64,000 bases of DNA, from assembly GCA_000002435.2 (NCBI GenBank), contig CM018793.1. One strand, written 5' to 3'. The position numbers were made by a program, and so were the translations under genes. Each line of letters opens with the position of its first letter. Within the stretch, counting starts at the first letter, position 1. This DNA is from Giardia intestinalis (lineage: Eukaryota). Shown here piece after piece: positions 8,676 to 18,095 of this stretch. A model generated the notes under the pieces. The model did no database searches. It was not told the DNA's origin and saw only the letters and a list, made by a program, of their open reading frames with translations.

Positions 8676-11093
8676 TTATTCAAATTGGGCCATGCTCTCC
8701 GTCTTCTTTGAAACGCCTGCCATGCAAAAGTGCTGCAAGCAACTCGATAGCAGTGGAATATTCCATTCTTCTAACTCAGAAAGTTTGGAATGCAGAGGCA
8801 TATTGCTTCCAGCCAAGAGGAGCGCCAAAGAGCCCATCTCGATAGACAGTGGGATGGACTCTTCAAAGTGCCGCTGCAGCAGGGTCTGGGCCTCTTCCGC
8901 GTCTAGCTTGTATGTGTAATGGGGGTACAGTGCCCGGCAGACCAGAAGCTTCACTATGACGGCTCTGACCACGCGGCGCATGTGCGTCAGGGTGCTCACC
9001 TTGAAATTTTCGTAGCATCGCTTAATGATCGGGATGGTTTCCACGCCTACACACGGCTCCTCCGCCTCTCTGCTCACAAGGTGGCGATACTCTGGCTGTG
9101 TCCCCATGGTCAAACAAAGAAGCCTGATAACGAGTCGGCACTGCGAAATAGAGAGGTCTTGGAGGCGGCCACAGTATACTTCTATAACGTTAGTACAAAG
9201 AGCCGTCGTGGTAATCGTGCCGGAAAAGTATGTCTCTGTGATGCATAGGACTATTAAAAGCCATTCTTCGGGGGAGATCTCGACTGGTTTCCATTCGTAG
9301 GCCTTGTGGATGGAAGCTTGATAGGCCATCTCTCTACCCAGGTCTGTCAGGCACAAGCCATCGCCGGGGCCAAACCGCGTCACTGCTGCTGCGAGGGCAA
9401 GCGTGTCTAAGAGCTCCACATCCCCATAGAGCAGGGCTACCTTCTTTCTGGCCTCTTGGGAAAGCATCCCCGCGCCGACCACGTGTTCTGCCACTAGTCC
9501 TGTACTGTGGCCAATCCGTTTTGGGTGCACCGTTTTTCTAGAAAAGATGACGTCTAAGCCGTCGTAGAATCGTTGGAAGATGCCCTTTATGGTGCTGTAT
9601 ATGCTAGAATCGTTATAGAAGATCGTCACGTGTCTCAGCGCAGATCCTAGAGCATCTACTAAGACATGGAGTAATGACTCTGATGTAGCGCCGTTGAAGA
9701 GCAGCAAGCCCTCTGCAGCCGGAAGAAGCACCCTGTACTTCCGCATGTACAAGAGTATATCATTACTGCTTGAAAAGATGATGACCTTGTACTTGCACAA
9801 ATCGTCTTTAGCGCTAATCAAATCATGCAGCCTGTCCGGCCGGATGTGATAAAACTCATCTGCTGAAAGGACAGACAGTAGCACGTGTTGCAAGCTTTGT
9901 ACGTAAGAGCCTGTCAGACACGAAATATAGATGCAGCCGCTTGTGACTGTAACCAGGTTTCTGAAGTAGACTGTCATGGCTTGGTCAGATAACGGTGGAA
10001 CACAAAGCAGGGCAACCCGAGCCAATGGGGAAGAGACCGTCGAAAGAGGCACGGCGACGCTGCGCTTCCAGAGATAATAGTGATACGTAGATTCGTGAGT
10101 TGGTCGAAACAGCTGAGCTACCGCGCTTACTGAGAGGGAGCACGAGGCTGTATAGATGTTTATGCGCGTTAACCTTGTGCTTATATCTGCACTCATATCA
10201 TGATAAGCATACAGTAGCAAGAGTATGTCTGATGTGAATTCGGTCGGATTCGAACTAAGAGCACTTAAAGGGCTGAAGATAGGGTCAAAGAGTTGGAGTC
10301 TGGTGGGGCCCTGGCTCACGTTGAGGCATAGTTGCGCAGCGAGGGAATAGTACCCGAGGACAATCCTTAGAGCGCGTCCTTGCTTACGTGCACAATCAGC
10401 ATAATAATAAAGGTATGTGATAGAATCGACAGTGATAGAGCGGAACAGAGCCTCTAAGGAAGTTTGTTGGCTATGTGCAATGGGCGACGGAAGAGCAATC
10501 TCCATGGATTCGATACCGCCAGTATGCACAGCATCAATAAACCAGCGAGAGGAGAGCAACTTGAGATAGGTTTTTATCAAACGTGTACCCCGACGAGTCT
10601 GCGGAAACACAGCCAGAGTGCTTACTCTATGATCATTCCCCTCTAGCACGTCGTGTAGAAGTGCAGCTATTGCAGGAAACACAGGGTGTACACGGTTACC
10701 ATGATGGACCACTGAAACGTTGTCGCTTGCATGTAATGCTGTCAATTCCAGGACCTCATTGCTACACTCTTCTCCAAGGTCAATCAGTCCTGCTTCACAC
10801 ATGTCACTCAGAGCGCTGCACAGAGATGTATTGGCAAGCCATAAGTTCCGGGGGCAAGTATCTATATAACGATGGAGGGTGGCGGAGGGCCTATCTCCAT
10901 CAAGAAGCTTCAGTAAGATCTCCCACAAAGAGCAGTAATCCTTCAGAGCTTCCGTAACCAGGTTGGCCAGCGTTTGGTCGGACAAGGGCCAAGCTGTTAG
11001 GATGTCATGGAGAAGCCTCCTTCCTTTTCGAACAACCGCATAACTATAATTGTACCAGTCATCAATCAGTGCACTCCGAACGGCACCATCCAT
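8676..11093 (-). CDS. Hypothetical large protein (805 aa from first ATG), helical, no recognisable domain
   Basis: Long stop-free minus-strand ORF. The track start at 11111 is TTG. The first ATG (MDGAVRSAL) is 18 nt downstream, and an in-frame stop lies about 76 nt upstream of the TTG. Confidence 0.6.
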   Translation of the reverse strand: MDGAVRSALIDDWYNYSYAVVRKGRRLLHDILTAWPLSDQTLANLVTEALKDYCSLWEILLKLLDGDRPSATLHRYIDTCPRNLWLANTSLCSALSDMCEAGLIDLGEECSNEVLELTALHASDNVSVVHHGNRVHPVFPAIAALLHDVLEGNDHRVSTLAVFPQTRRGTRLIKTYLKLLSSRWFIDAVHTGGIESMEIALPSPIAHSQQTSLEALFRSITVDSITYLYYYADCARKQGRALRIVLGYYSLAAQLCLNVSQGPTRLQLFDPIFSPLSALSSNPTEFTSDILLLLYAYHDMSADISTRLTRINIYTASCSLSVSAVAQLFRPTHESTYHYYLWKRSVAVPLSTVSSPLARVALLCVPPLSDQAMTVYFRNLVTVTSGCIYISCLTGSYVQSLQHVLLSVLSADEFYHIRPDRLHDLISAKDDLCKYKVIIFSSSNDILLYMRKYRVLLPAAEGLLLFNGATSESLLHVLVDALGSALRHVTIFYNDSSIYSTIKGIFQRFYDGLDVIFSRKTVHPKRIGHSTGLVAEHVVGAGMLSQEARKKVALLYGDVELLDTLALAAAVTRFGPGDGLCLTDLGREMAYQASIHKAYEWKPVEISPEEWLLIVLCITETYFSGTITTTALCTNVIEVYCGRLQDLSISQCRLVIRLLCLTMGTQPEYRHLVSREAEEPCVGVETIPIIKRCYENFKVSTLTHMRRVVRAVIVKLLVCRALYPHYTYKLDAEEAQTLLQRHFEESIPLSIEMGSLALLLAGSNMPLHSKLSELEEWNIPLLSSCLQHFCMAGVSKKTESMAQFE

Positions 11094-11181
11094 CCCCGGG
11101 TAGAGTGTCAAGCCGCAGTGGGTGGATCCCGAGTCACTAAGAAAAGACGCGAATAAAAAACCAGAACAGCATTTAATTGGT

Positions 11182-13449
11182 ATGTCTCAGGAGCCCAGTT
11201 CTAGCTTCTCGGATGGATTCATGGAGTCCGACTTTTCACAGGGAAGTTTTTCGGCATCTGACGACGCCGAGTTGAGTATCCCGTCTGAGTTTGCGGAGTC
11301 CGTGGACGAGCTTTCGTCTTCCTCTGACAATGGGGATCAGGGCCAACCTTTAACCGAGCCCAACAATATCCCGATCGACGAAGACACCGTTTATAATATA
11401 TGGGGCCAAGTGGTCGGAACACGCCGTAAGGACATTGGGCCCGATGGTTCCAGCCTGGACATGTTTCTAGAGCGGCACAAAGACACAAACGAATTCTTTA
11501 GGACAGTATACGACCCTGCTAAAGGTTACAAGAGGGCAAATCTAACGCCAGAAGAAGAGGAGATGATCCGCAATGTTATGGTGTCCAGGCCTTACAACGA
11601 CGCCCCTGGATTATCCCGGATGAACATCCAGTCTACTCTTGTCAATAAAAACATCATGAGGACAGCTCTTACGTCGGACATTGTGGGTCCTAAGGAAAAG
11701 TATGCATCGAAGGCCATTGTGCGCAAGATTGAAAAGCTTAGGGAGGGAATTGAGCGTGGAGAAATAGTCTATGATCCAAATCGTTATAAGGTAGATGAGA
11801 ACAGGGGACTGGTAGTGGGCAATCGAGATCTTTGGGCAGACGTGGACGAAACAGAAGACCCGTCCATGCGCATACCAAAGGGGCGCGGAGAGATGTACAT
11901 GAACCCCACAAAGCCAAAGCTTCCTGGGCATGCCCTGAGCTACAACCCGCCGCTGGAATACCTTAACATTGACGGCGATGGATCCCAACAAAAGCTCCAA
12001 AGCCTGCGACAGATCAAGACATACACTAACTTTGTTAAGGATCAGTTCGATCGCTGCGTTACTCTCTACTTGAATCCGCGTCAACGGCTCCGGAAAGAGG
12101 AGGACATGGACAGCATGCTACCAACTCTACCGAACAGGTCGCTCCTGACACCGTACCCAACATTCTGCGCCATGACCATCCGGACGGGAACAAGACGCAT
12201 AAACGGGCTCACGTTCTCCCCCAAGGGAATGTTCTTTGCTGTGGGAGGGCGCGACTGCATTTTGAGAGTTTTCGAAACCTACTCCGGACGCCAAGTCAGA
12301 GCCATCCCTGTTCTATCCACAAAGAAGCTGGAGAAGAAAAGCATCAACTTTCTCAATCTGGAAATCAACTGCTGCAAATGGTGTCCAAGGACTGATGTGA
12401 GCATCATTGCTGTGTGTGCAGGGGACGAACTCATTTTCGTTGACGCTGGGATCTGCGAAAGTGGGAATTACAACGAGGTCAGGGAGCGAACACGCTTTCT
12501 TCTGAATGCTCGGCCCGAAACCACTCAGCCGTGCCCCCACATGGCTTGGGAGATGCATGCAGGTGTGACTTCAGGCGGAAAAAGCTACGCCTCTGGGTTT
12601 GTCACGCAGGTGTCTAGCAATGCGTACAACGAGGGCTCTGAGGACGACGACGCGGCCGAGTCGGCCCGCTTTAACGAGGAGCGCCACCAAAGGGGACACG
12701 AGGGCCAAATCGATGCAGACGTCTACACCGTGTATACTCGTCTCAATCAGTTTGTTTTACTGAGAATCCACCACACACATCTTGTCAGCTTCTGCAACTG
12801 GCACTTTCAGGGTGATTACATCGTCACAGTATGCACCGATGATAAAAGTCGTGCAAAGGTGACCCTTCACCAACTCTCAAAATGGCACAGCCTGTCTCCT
12901 TTTAATAGACTCAAGTCAAAGATTATAGGAGCACACTTTCGAACAAAGAAATCCGAGCTTATCGTTGTGTCAGAGCGGTCGTCGCGCATATACAACCTGC
13001 TGACGGGTGACAAGTTGTCCACGCTCTACCCAGGAGTAAAGCAAGTGACAGCCAGTGGCATGGGTTATGGAGACAACTTCATCACGGGGAGTGCCGACTC
13101 CCAGTGTGCCCTGTTTGCCAACGCTGCTGGGCCCGAGCCCACTGCAAAGCTCTGCTACCACACTTCAACAATCCGGAACATCGACGTCCACCCTTGCGGA
13201 GGCCTAGTAGCTACGTGCTCGGATGACGGAATTGTGCAGATCAGCCGTATCGTAGATGCGTCTCTTGTGAAGATGCATCCGGGGCAATTTGACGAAAAGC
13301 TGTACAATAGGATGATTCCATGCGTCGTCCTAAATCGACGGCGACAGGCGGCAGACGGGTCTGTAGGTATCAGTAGGGTCACGTGGCACCCAAGACAGCC
13401 CTGGCTCCTCTGCAGCGGGACAGACGGGGTCCTGCGCCTCTTCAAATGA
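11182..13449 (+). CDS. BOP1: BOP1/Erb1 ribosome biogenesis WD40 protein (PeBoW complex)
   Basis: BOP1NT domain (DEDTVYNIWG, FFRTVYDP, hallmark KLPGHALSYNPPLEYL). C-terminal WD repeats ending WHPRQPWLLCSGTDGVLRLFK. The track start 11122 is GTG; the first ATG (MSQEPSS) at 11182 is preceded by an AT-rich initiator. Confidence 0.85.
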   Translation: MSQEPSSSFSDGFMESDFSQGSFSASDDAELSIPSEFAESVDELSSSSDNGDQGQPLTEPNNIPIDEDTVYNIWGQVVGTRRKDIGPDGSSLDMFLERHKDTNEFFRTVYDPAKGYKRANLTPEEEEMIRNVMVSRPYNDAPGLSRMNIQSTLVNKNIMRTALTSDIVGPKEKYASKAIVRKIEKLREGIERGEIVYDPNRYKVDENRGLVVGNRDLWADVDETEDPSMRIPKGRGEMYMNPTKPKLPGHALSYNPPLEYLNIDGDGSQQKLQSLRQIKTYTNFVKDQFDRCVTLYLNPRQRLRKEEDMDSMLPTLPNRSLLTPYPTFCAMTIRTGTRRINGLTFSPKGMFFAVGGRDCILRVFETYSGRQVRAIPVLSTKKLEKKSINFLNLEINCCKWCPRTDVSIIAVCAGDELIFVDAGICESGNYNEVRERTRFLLNARPETTQPCPHMAWEMHAGVTSGGKSYASGFVTQVSSNAYNEGSEDDDAAESARFNEERHQRGHEGQIDADVYTVYTRLNQFVLLRIHHTHLVSFCNWHFQGDYIVTVCTDDKSRAKVTLHQLSKWHSLSPFNRLKSKIIGAHFRTKKSELIVVSERSSRIYNLLTGDKLSTLYPGVKQVTASGMGYGDNFITGSADSQCALFANAAGPEPTAKLCYHTSTIRNIDVHPCGGLVATCSDDGIVQISRIVDASLVKMHPGQFDEKLYNRMIPCVVLNRRRQAADGSVGISRVTWHPRQPWLLCSGTDGVLRLFK

Positions 13450-13516
13450 ATTCAAGACTAAAGTATATTAATTTGAATTCTCACTAAGCTGCAAAAAGCC
13501 AACAGAACTTGTCTTG

Positions 13517-13966
13517 ATGTCAGCTGCAGGAGAGCCCATGTATCCCAAGCAGGCGGGGAACCTGAAGAAGGGTGACTACATTGTCATGAAGGACGTTTTC
13601 CCCTGCAAGGTAACGGAGATTTCGACCTCCAAGACGGGCAAGCACGGTCACGCGAAGTGCTCCATCACCGCGGTCGACATCTTCACGGGAAAGAAGTACG
13701 AAGACTCGTGCCCCTCGTCCCACAACATCATGTGTCCGAACGTCTCCAGGACGGATTATCTGTTGATCAACATCGACGACGAGTACGCCTTCTACTTCGA
13801 CCAGAACGATGCAGAGCAGCAGGTTAGGCTCCCGCTGGAGAACGAGGAGCTGGTGGCAGACCTCCGCGCAGCCTTTGAGGCCGGGGACAAGACGATCATG
13901 ATCAACATCCAGAGGGCAATGAACACGGAGGGCATCGTTGCCTTTAAGACAGAGACGAATAAGTAA
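13517..13966 (+). CDS. EIF5A: Eukaryotic translation initiation factor 5A (hypusine-containing)
   Basis: Hypusination loop STSKTGKHGHAKC. The track start 13514 is TTG and the ATG is at 13517. AGTAAAC overlaps the TAA stop (13966..13972). Confidence 0.93.
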   Translation: MSAAGEPMYPKQAGNLKKGDYIVMKDVFPCKVTEISTSKTGKHGHAKCSITAVDIFTGKKYEDSCPSSHNIMCPNVSRTDYLLINIDDEYAFYFDQNDAEQQVRLPLENEELVADLRAAFEAGDKTIMINIQRAMNTEGIVAFKTETNK

Positions 13967-13972
13967 GTAAAC
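13966..13972 (+). terminator. Poly(A) signal AGTAAAC overlapping the eIF5A stop codon
   Basis: Exact AGTRAAY match beginning at the last base of the TAA stop. Confidence 0.6.
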
Positions 13973-13982
13973 AGTCACACCT

Positions 13983-16934
13983 TTACTGGTCTTGTAGGAG
14001 GGTGCTGCTGGTGTGCGCCACGTGTTCCGCCGCCCTACGAAGGACGGACGCTGTGCTCTGGGACGCCCTGTCTGTCGCTTCTGTGAGGAACTTGGATAGT
14101 GCAGCGCTTGATGCCTGGCGAAGCGCAACGGGCGTCCTTGTCAGCCCACAGTGGGCAACCGTTGCCACATCCGCCACAGCCTCAGGAGAAGCGTCCTTGA
14201 GGTCCTTCAGCGCAAGAAGAACCCTTCCTCCGAGCATATTTTGCAAAGCATGGAAGCGCCGGTTGGTCAAGTCCGCACCTGTTGCAGGCTGCTTTGGGAG
14301 TCTCTCGATAAGGAACCAAAGCTTGTGGCCCAGCATAGAGGAGGCATAGTCCGTGCACTTCTCTGGTTCTGTAGAGCGTAAGTTGGTGACGAAGTTGAGA
14401 AAAGCACGGATTGAGTAGGGATCCTTGTCGCAAAGAGCTTCAGGCTGCTCTTCAGCGTCCTTCTTTTCCATCTCTGAGTCTTTCTTTTCCTTAGACAATT
14501 CGTGATAGAAGATAACGCTCTTCCTGTACTTCTCAGTGAGCCCCTCTTCACAGGAGAGTATAACATCGCTAAGCCTCTTCATACGCTCGTCATCGAGCTT
14601 TAGGATGTATAGGACAAGCTCCAGTACAAAAAGTAACGCTTCTCTGGTGCTTGCTTGAGTCATGAGCTTCTTTTGGTAGTCCAGAAGTGCCCTCCAATAA
14701 GTAACAAGGTAGCCAACTCGTACTACATAATGGTGAAAGTCCAAGAGCTCGTAGTAGCTATCGAAGGCCAGCTCGGTCGTCGTAAGCGCGGCCTTAATTC
14801 TGGTGGCAAGCAACTCAACAGCATTTGACCCAGGCCTAGCGTCTATCTTTCCGTCGATGAAAGGGTCTACGAGCCTGGCAACCGAATCAGGATCCTGATA
14901 GTCTCGATACAGAAATCCCATGACCGAAACATCTTGAGTGTCTTGACAGACCAACCATGGGTCTGCCTGATAGATGAACTTTCCGTACATAGTATATGCC
15001 TCAGGAATGGCATTAACTTGCATGTGCATGTCCACAGCTATACGAGAGGCACTACGATCGCTGTTATCGATGATAGAAACCAGCTCAGACATGATAGAGG
15101 CTGAGCGCGGAAGACCCAAGATGTGGAGCATCTTTGCATAGAGGGTGAAGATGTCTGGATTAAGGCGTCCGGCAATTAGCTCTTCCGGACTCTTGAAGCG
15201 TAGTACGGTGAGACGGTCCGTTAGCTCTTGTGTGTACTCTTTCTTGAATGCATCAATCTGTTCTTGGGATGCATTATCATTCAGATAGCTTTTGCAGGCA
15301 CAGAGTTGCCTGGTGGAGTCCACGAGCGGTAGATTTGCGTCTTCAGTCTGGTTACAAGGCAAGAGCACCTTCTCTAGAATGCCACGGCATCGCAGAAGAT
15401 TACAGTCACCATCTCCGGGATTCAGCTGTGCAAAGGCATAGCTAAAGTATGCGTTGATGTAAGCGCTGTGCTGTACTGGGTAAGATCCACCAATCAAGTC
15501 CTCGTAGAGTTGAGATGCCACGTCCTTCTCTAGCTGGTTGACTAGCTTCGAGATATAGTGCAACAGCCCAGGAGATACACGCTTGCCGCTTAGAACAGTG
15601 TGTATCTCTGACTTGAAGGCTGTGTAATCTGAGGACATGAATGCCAGCTGTATGCAAAGAGTTCGGTCGAAGAAGGAGTTTCTGGAGGCATGACGCCCTT
15701 GCCGTGGTTTCTGTATTGGATCGAGAAGGTGGAAAAAGCACGCTGGAAGAGGCTTTGTACTACATGGGCACTCTATGGTTCCGGCGATAAATTGAGAGTA
15801 GGCGGAGTATAGGATGGCGTACTCGTTCGCTGTTGCCAAAACGCAGTCTCCTTCTGTCCGCCCTGTTAAGTTGACAACGCAAGTGATACCGTGGAGCTTC
15901 TCCAAGTAGAGCTCGAAAATCTTTTCATAGACGAATAAATCAAAAGGGGTGTAGCAGTATAGGCGGCGCAAAGTAAGCAGATACATGTCCTCGCAGGCCT
16001 TGTAGACAGTGAGACTTTGGCGCAATAGCTCTTCTCTATCATAGCGCTTTGTAGAACGGGTCTTTTTCAGTTGCACAGGAAACTCCTCCAGCTGCTGGTG
16101 GAACGCTTTAACGCTATTATTCTTGCCGCTTTCTGCTTTAAGTGCAAGGACACAATGCTCAGCTTGCAGGGCTTGCACATAGTCAAAGTAAAAACTCCTA
16201 TATAGAGACGCGTCACGGTGCGCTGAGCCGCCTTGGCTTACAGCCCCTGCTGCTGCCTTCTGAAGGATGCCCTTGAACTCCGCCGAGGAGGCCGCCGCAG
16301 CGTCCAGCCTGTTCTGGATCATGTTGCAGAGAAAGGACGTGAAAGCAAAGATTCGGGGCGCTTGAGAGGCCTTGGTAGATGACGCCATCGAAACAAAGGA
16401 CAAGAGCGACTGCTCACACTTCTTATAGTCCCCTGTATGCAAATATAGAATGGACAGCTCCTTATAGAAGAGAGAGTTGGACGGGGAGAGGGCAGAGGCC
16501 TTTTGCAAGTACTCTATGGCGGAGGCCTCAAGGTGCTCATGCCGCCTGATAATGCTTGCAATGTGGAATGGAATGTAGCTTTTCAACCCTTTCTCAGCTA
16601 CCTCGATTGCCTCATTGATTAGTCGCCAGCCCTCTGAACGCAGGAAGATGGGAATGCTGAGGCCCCCTATTTCCTCCGAAGAAAAGACTCCAGAAGCGTG
16701 CGAAATAGGAAGATAGTACGTTGCAGCGCCCTTCATTGCCATGATGTCTGGGTTGCTCGGAAGCCTGGCGATGAGGTCGTTACAAGTCGTAAAGCATTCC
16801 ACATACTTTCCGTTGTCAAAGTCTGTGTAGATGGTATTTATGGCTTTAGCGTCCTTTGGGCTAATGTCTGACGAGGCCTGGGTCGACTGTTTTTGGCCGT
16901 GACGCGCGTTTCCACGCCCTTTCTTGTACGACAT
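13983..16934 (-). CDS. TPR-like helical-repeat protein, possibly a NatA auxiliary subunit (NAA15/Nat1-like)
   Basis: 983-aa ORF with ATG. Repeated amphipathic helix pairs. The N-terminal region (AMKGAATYY...HIASIIRRHEHLEASAIEYLQKASALSPSN) resembles NAA15 TPRs 1-3. The functional assignment is weak. Confidence 0.4.
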   Translation of the reverse strand: MSYKKGRGNARHGQKQSTQASSDISPKDAKAINTIYTDFDNGKYVECFTTCNDLIARLPSNPDIMAMKGAATYYLPISHASGVFSSEEIGGLSIPIFLRSEGWRLINEAIEVAEKGLKSYIPFHIASIIRRHEHLEASAIEYLQKASALSPSNSLFYKELSILYLHTGDYKKCEQSLLSFVSMASSTKASQAPRIFAFTSFLCNMIQNRLDAAAASSAEFKGILQKAAAGAVSQGGSAHRDASLYRSFYFDYVQALQAEHCVLALKAESGKNNSVKAFHQQLEEFPVQLKKTRSTKRYDREELLRQSLTVYKACEDMYLLTLRRLYCYTPFDLFVYEKIFELYLEKLHGITCVVNLTGRTEGDCVLATANEYAILYSAYSQFIAGTIECPCSTKPLPACFFHLLDPIQKPRQGRHASRNSFFDRTLCIQLAFMSSDYTAFKSEIHTVLSGKRVSPGLLHYISKLVNQLEKDVASQLYEDLIGGSYPVQHSAYINAYFSYAFAQLNPGDGDCNLLRCRGILEKVLLPCNQTEDANLPLVDSTRQLCACKSYLNDNASQEQIDAFKKEYTQELTDRLTVLRFKSPEELIAGRLNPDIFTLYAKMLHILGLPRSASIMSELVSIIDNSDRSASRIAVDMHMQVNAIPEAYTMYGKFIYQADPWLVCQDTQDVSVMGFLYRDYQDPDSVARLVDPFIDGKIDARPGSNAVELLATRIKAALTTTELAFDSYYELLDFHHYVVRVGYLVTYWRALLDYQKKLMTQASTREALLFVLELVLYILKLDDERMKRLSDVILSCEEGLTEKYRKSVIFYHELSKEKKDSEMEKKDAEEQPEALCDKDPYSIRAFLNFVTNLRSTEPEKCTDYASSMLGHKLWFLIERLPKQPATGADLTNRRFHALQNMLGGRVLLALKDLKDASPEAVADVATVAHCGLTRTPVALRQASSAALSKFLTEATDRASQSTASVLRRAAEHVAHTSSTLLQDQ

Positions 16935-16954
16935 TTTTTGAAATATTAACTAAT

Positions 16955-17950
16955 TCACATAGAAATGACAGTTCCCACTCCGGCCTGAGAGGCTCTCAGG
17001 CAGATCTCGTGGCCTACTACGACGTCCTGAACAGCAGAACCTACGGTCTTGAAAACGATCACCTCGTCCTCGCTCTGGCGGCCACGGCAGCGGCCTGCAG
17101 CGACCTCGCCTATCTCTCCGATGACTCTGTCTGCACTAAAGACACCCTCTTCGATGGGTATTAAGAGGTCTCCAGCTTCGCTGAGTGCCCCGCTCCTAGT
17201 GTCTACGTAGACGGAGGCGTGCGCGATTAGATGCGAATCCACCTCGCGACAATTAGGAAGATATGCGCCTACACAGGAAACCAGGGCCCCCTTAGGCACT
17301 GCCTTGCCATCGAAGACGGGGACGCTGGAAGCAGTCGTAGTGACGATGATGTCTGCCCTGGCTGCTGCGGCAGTCCCCGCCTCGAACCCAGACCCTCCAT
17401 CGACGGTGGCGAGACCCAGCCTCTGAGAGGCCCAGGAAGCAATGGCATCGCGTGCCTCTTTAGTATTATCGACAAAGATGGCCTTCTCAATACTGGGGCG
17501 GGCAGCCTTGATTGCCTCCAGTGCGGCACGGCCTTGCATTCCACAACCGATAATCAGAACAGTCTTGGCGTTTGCTCGAGCAAGATGCTTGGCGGCAACT
17601 CCGGAGGCAGCGCCAGTGCGCAGGTAAGTCAGCGCAACTCCGTCGAGCAGGCCAGAAACAGCCCCTGTCGATGCGTCCACATCGCAATAAAGAGCAGGAA
17701 CCGTCGGCAAGCCGCGTGCTCGATTTCCCCCTCGAACAGACACGATTTTCACACCCACAGACTCGCCCGTAGAAGCAGGCATGAAGAGCGTTGAACCATG
17801 ATCTCCAACCTGGAGGCATGTACGTAGAGGTGTCTCGCACCCGCCCCGCGAGTATGCTACAAAAGCCGCCTCTGTGGCTTCGACGGCATCCTTCATCGGA
17901 TAGAGTCTGAATGCCTCGTCCTTCGAGATGACGCGCATAGAGCTGGCCAT
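16955..17950 (-). CDS. Ornithine cyclodeaminase / mu-crystallin family enzyme (bacterial-type)
   Basis: Rossmann NAD motif IIGCGMQGRAALEAI; OCD/mu-crystallin core (VKIVSVRGGNRARGLPT; GDLLIPIEEG); 331 aa. Only 20 bp separate its stop from the downstream gene's ATG. Confidence 0.8.
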   Translation of the reverse strand: MASSMRVISKDEAFRLYPMKDAVEATEAAFVAYSRGGCETPLRTCLQVGDHGSTLFMPASTGESVGVKIVSVRGGNRARGLPTVPALYCDVDASTGAVSGLLDGVALTYLRTGAASGVAAKHLARANAKTVLIIGCGMQGRAALEAIKAARPSIEKAIFVDNTKEARDAIASWASQRLGLATVDGGSGFEAGTAAAARADIIVTTTASSVPVFDGKAVPKGALVSCVGAYLPNCREVDSHLIAHASVYVDTRSGALSEAGDLLIPIEEGVFSADRVIGEIGEVAAGRCRGRQSEDEVIVFKTVGSAVQDVVVGHEICLRASQAGVGTVISM

Positions 17951-18095
17951 GAGGCTGAAACTTAGTGTCTAATCTTTAAATTTTTGAAAGTCAGTGTTCT
18001 AGTCCCGAGCCAATTCTGAGGACTGTTTGGACCGTGATCGAGTCGTGGCAGCATAGCTTGTCGCAGCGTCCTTAGGCGTTTTGTATAATTAAAAA

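Noticed and set aside
10236-10262. tRNA-like T-loop fragment (ggattcgaac)
   Set aside because: It lies inside a long coding ORF with no flanking acceptor/anticodon stem arrangement. I detected no tRNA or rRNA genes in the window.
17231-17840. Several 60-190-aa ORFs on both strands inside the OCD gene, and likewise inside BOP1, the RING-protein gene and the HCMPs
   Set aside because: Overlapping or antisense ORFs inside well-supported genes, with GC-driven stop depletion and no motifs.
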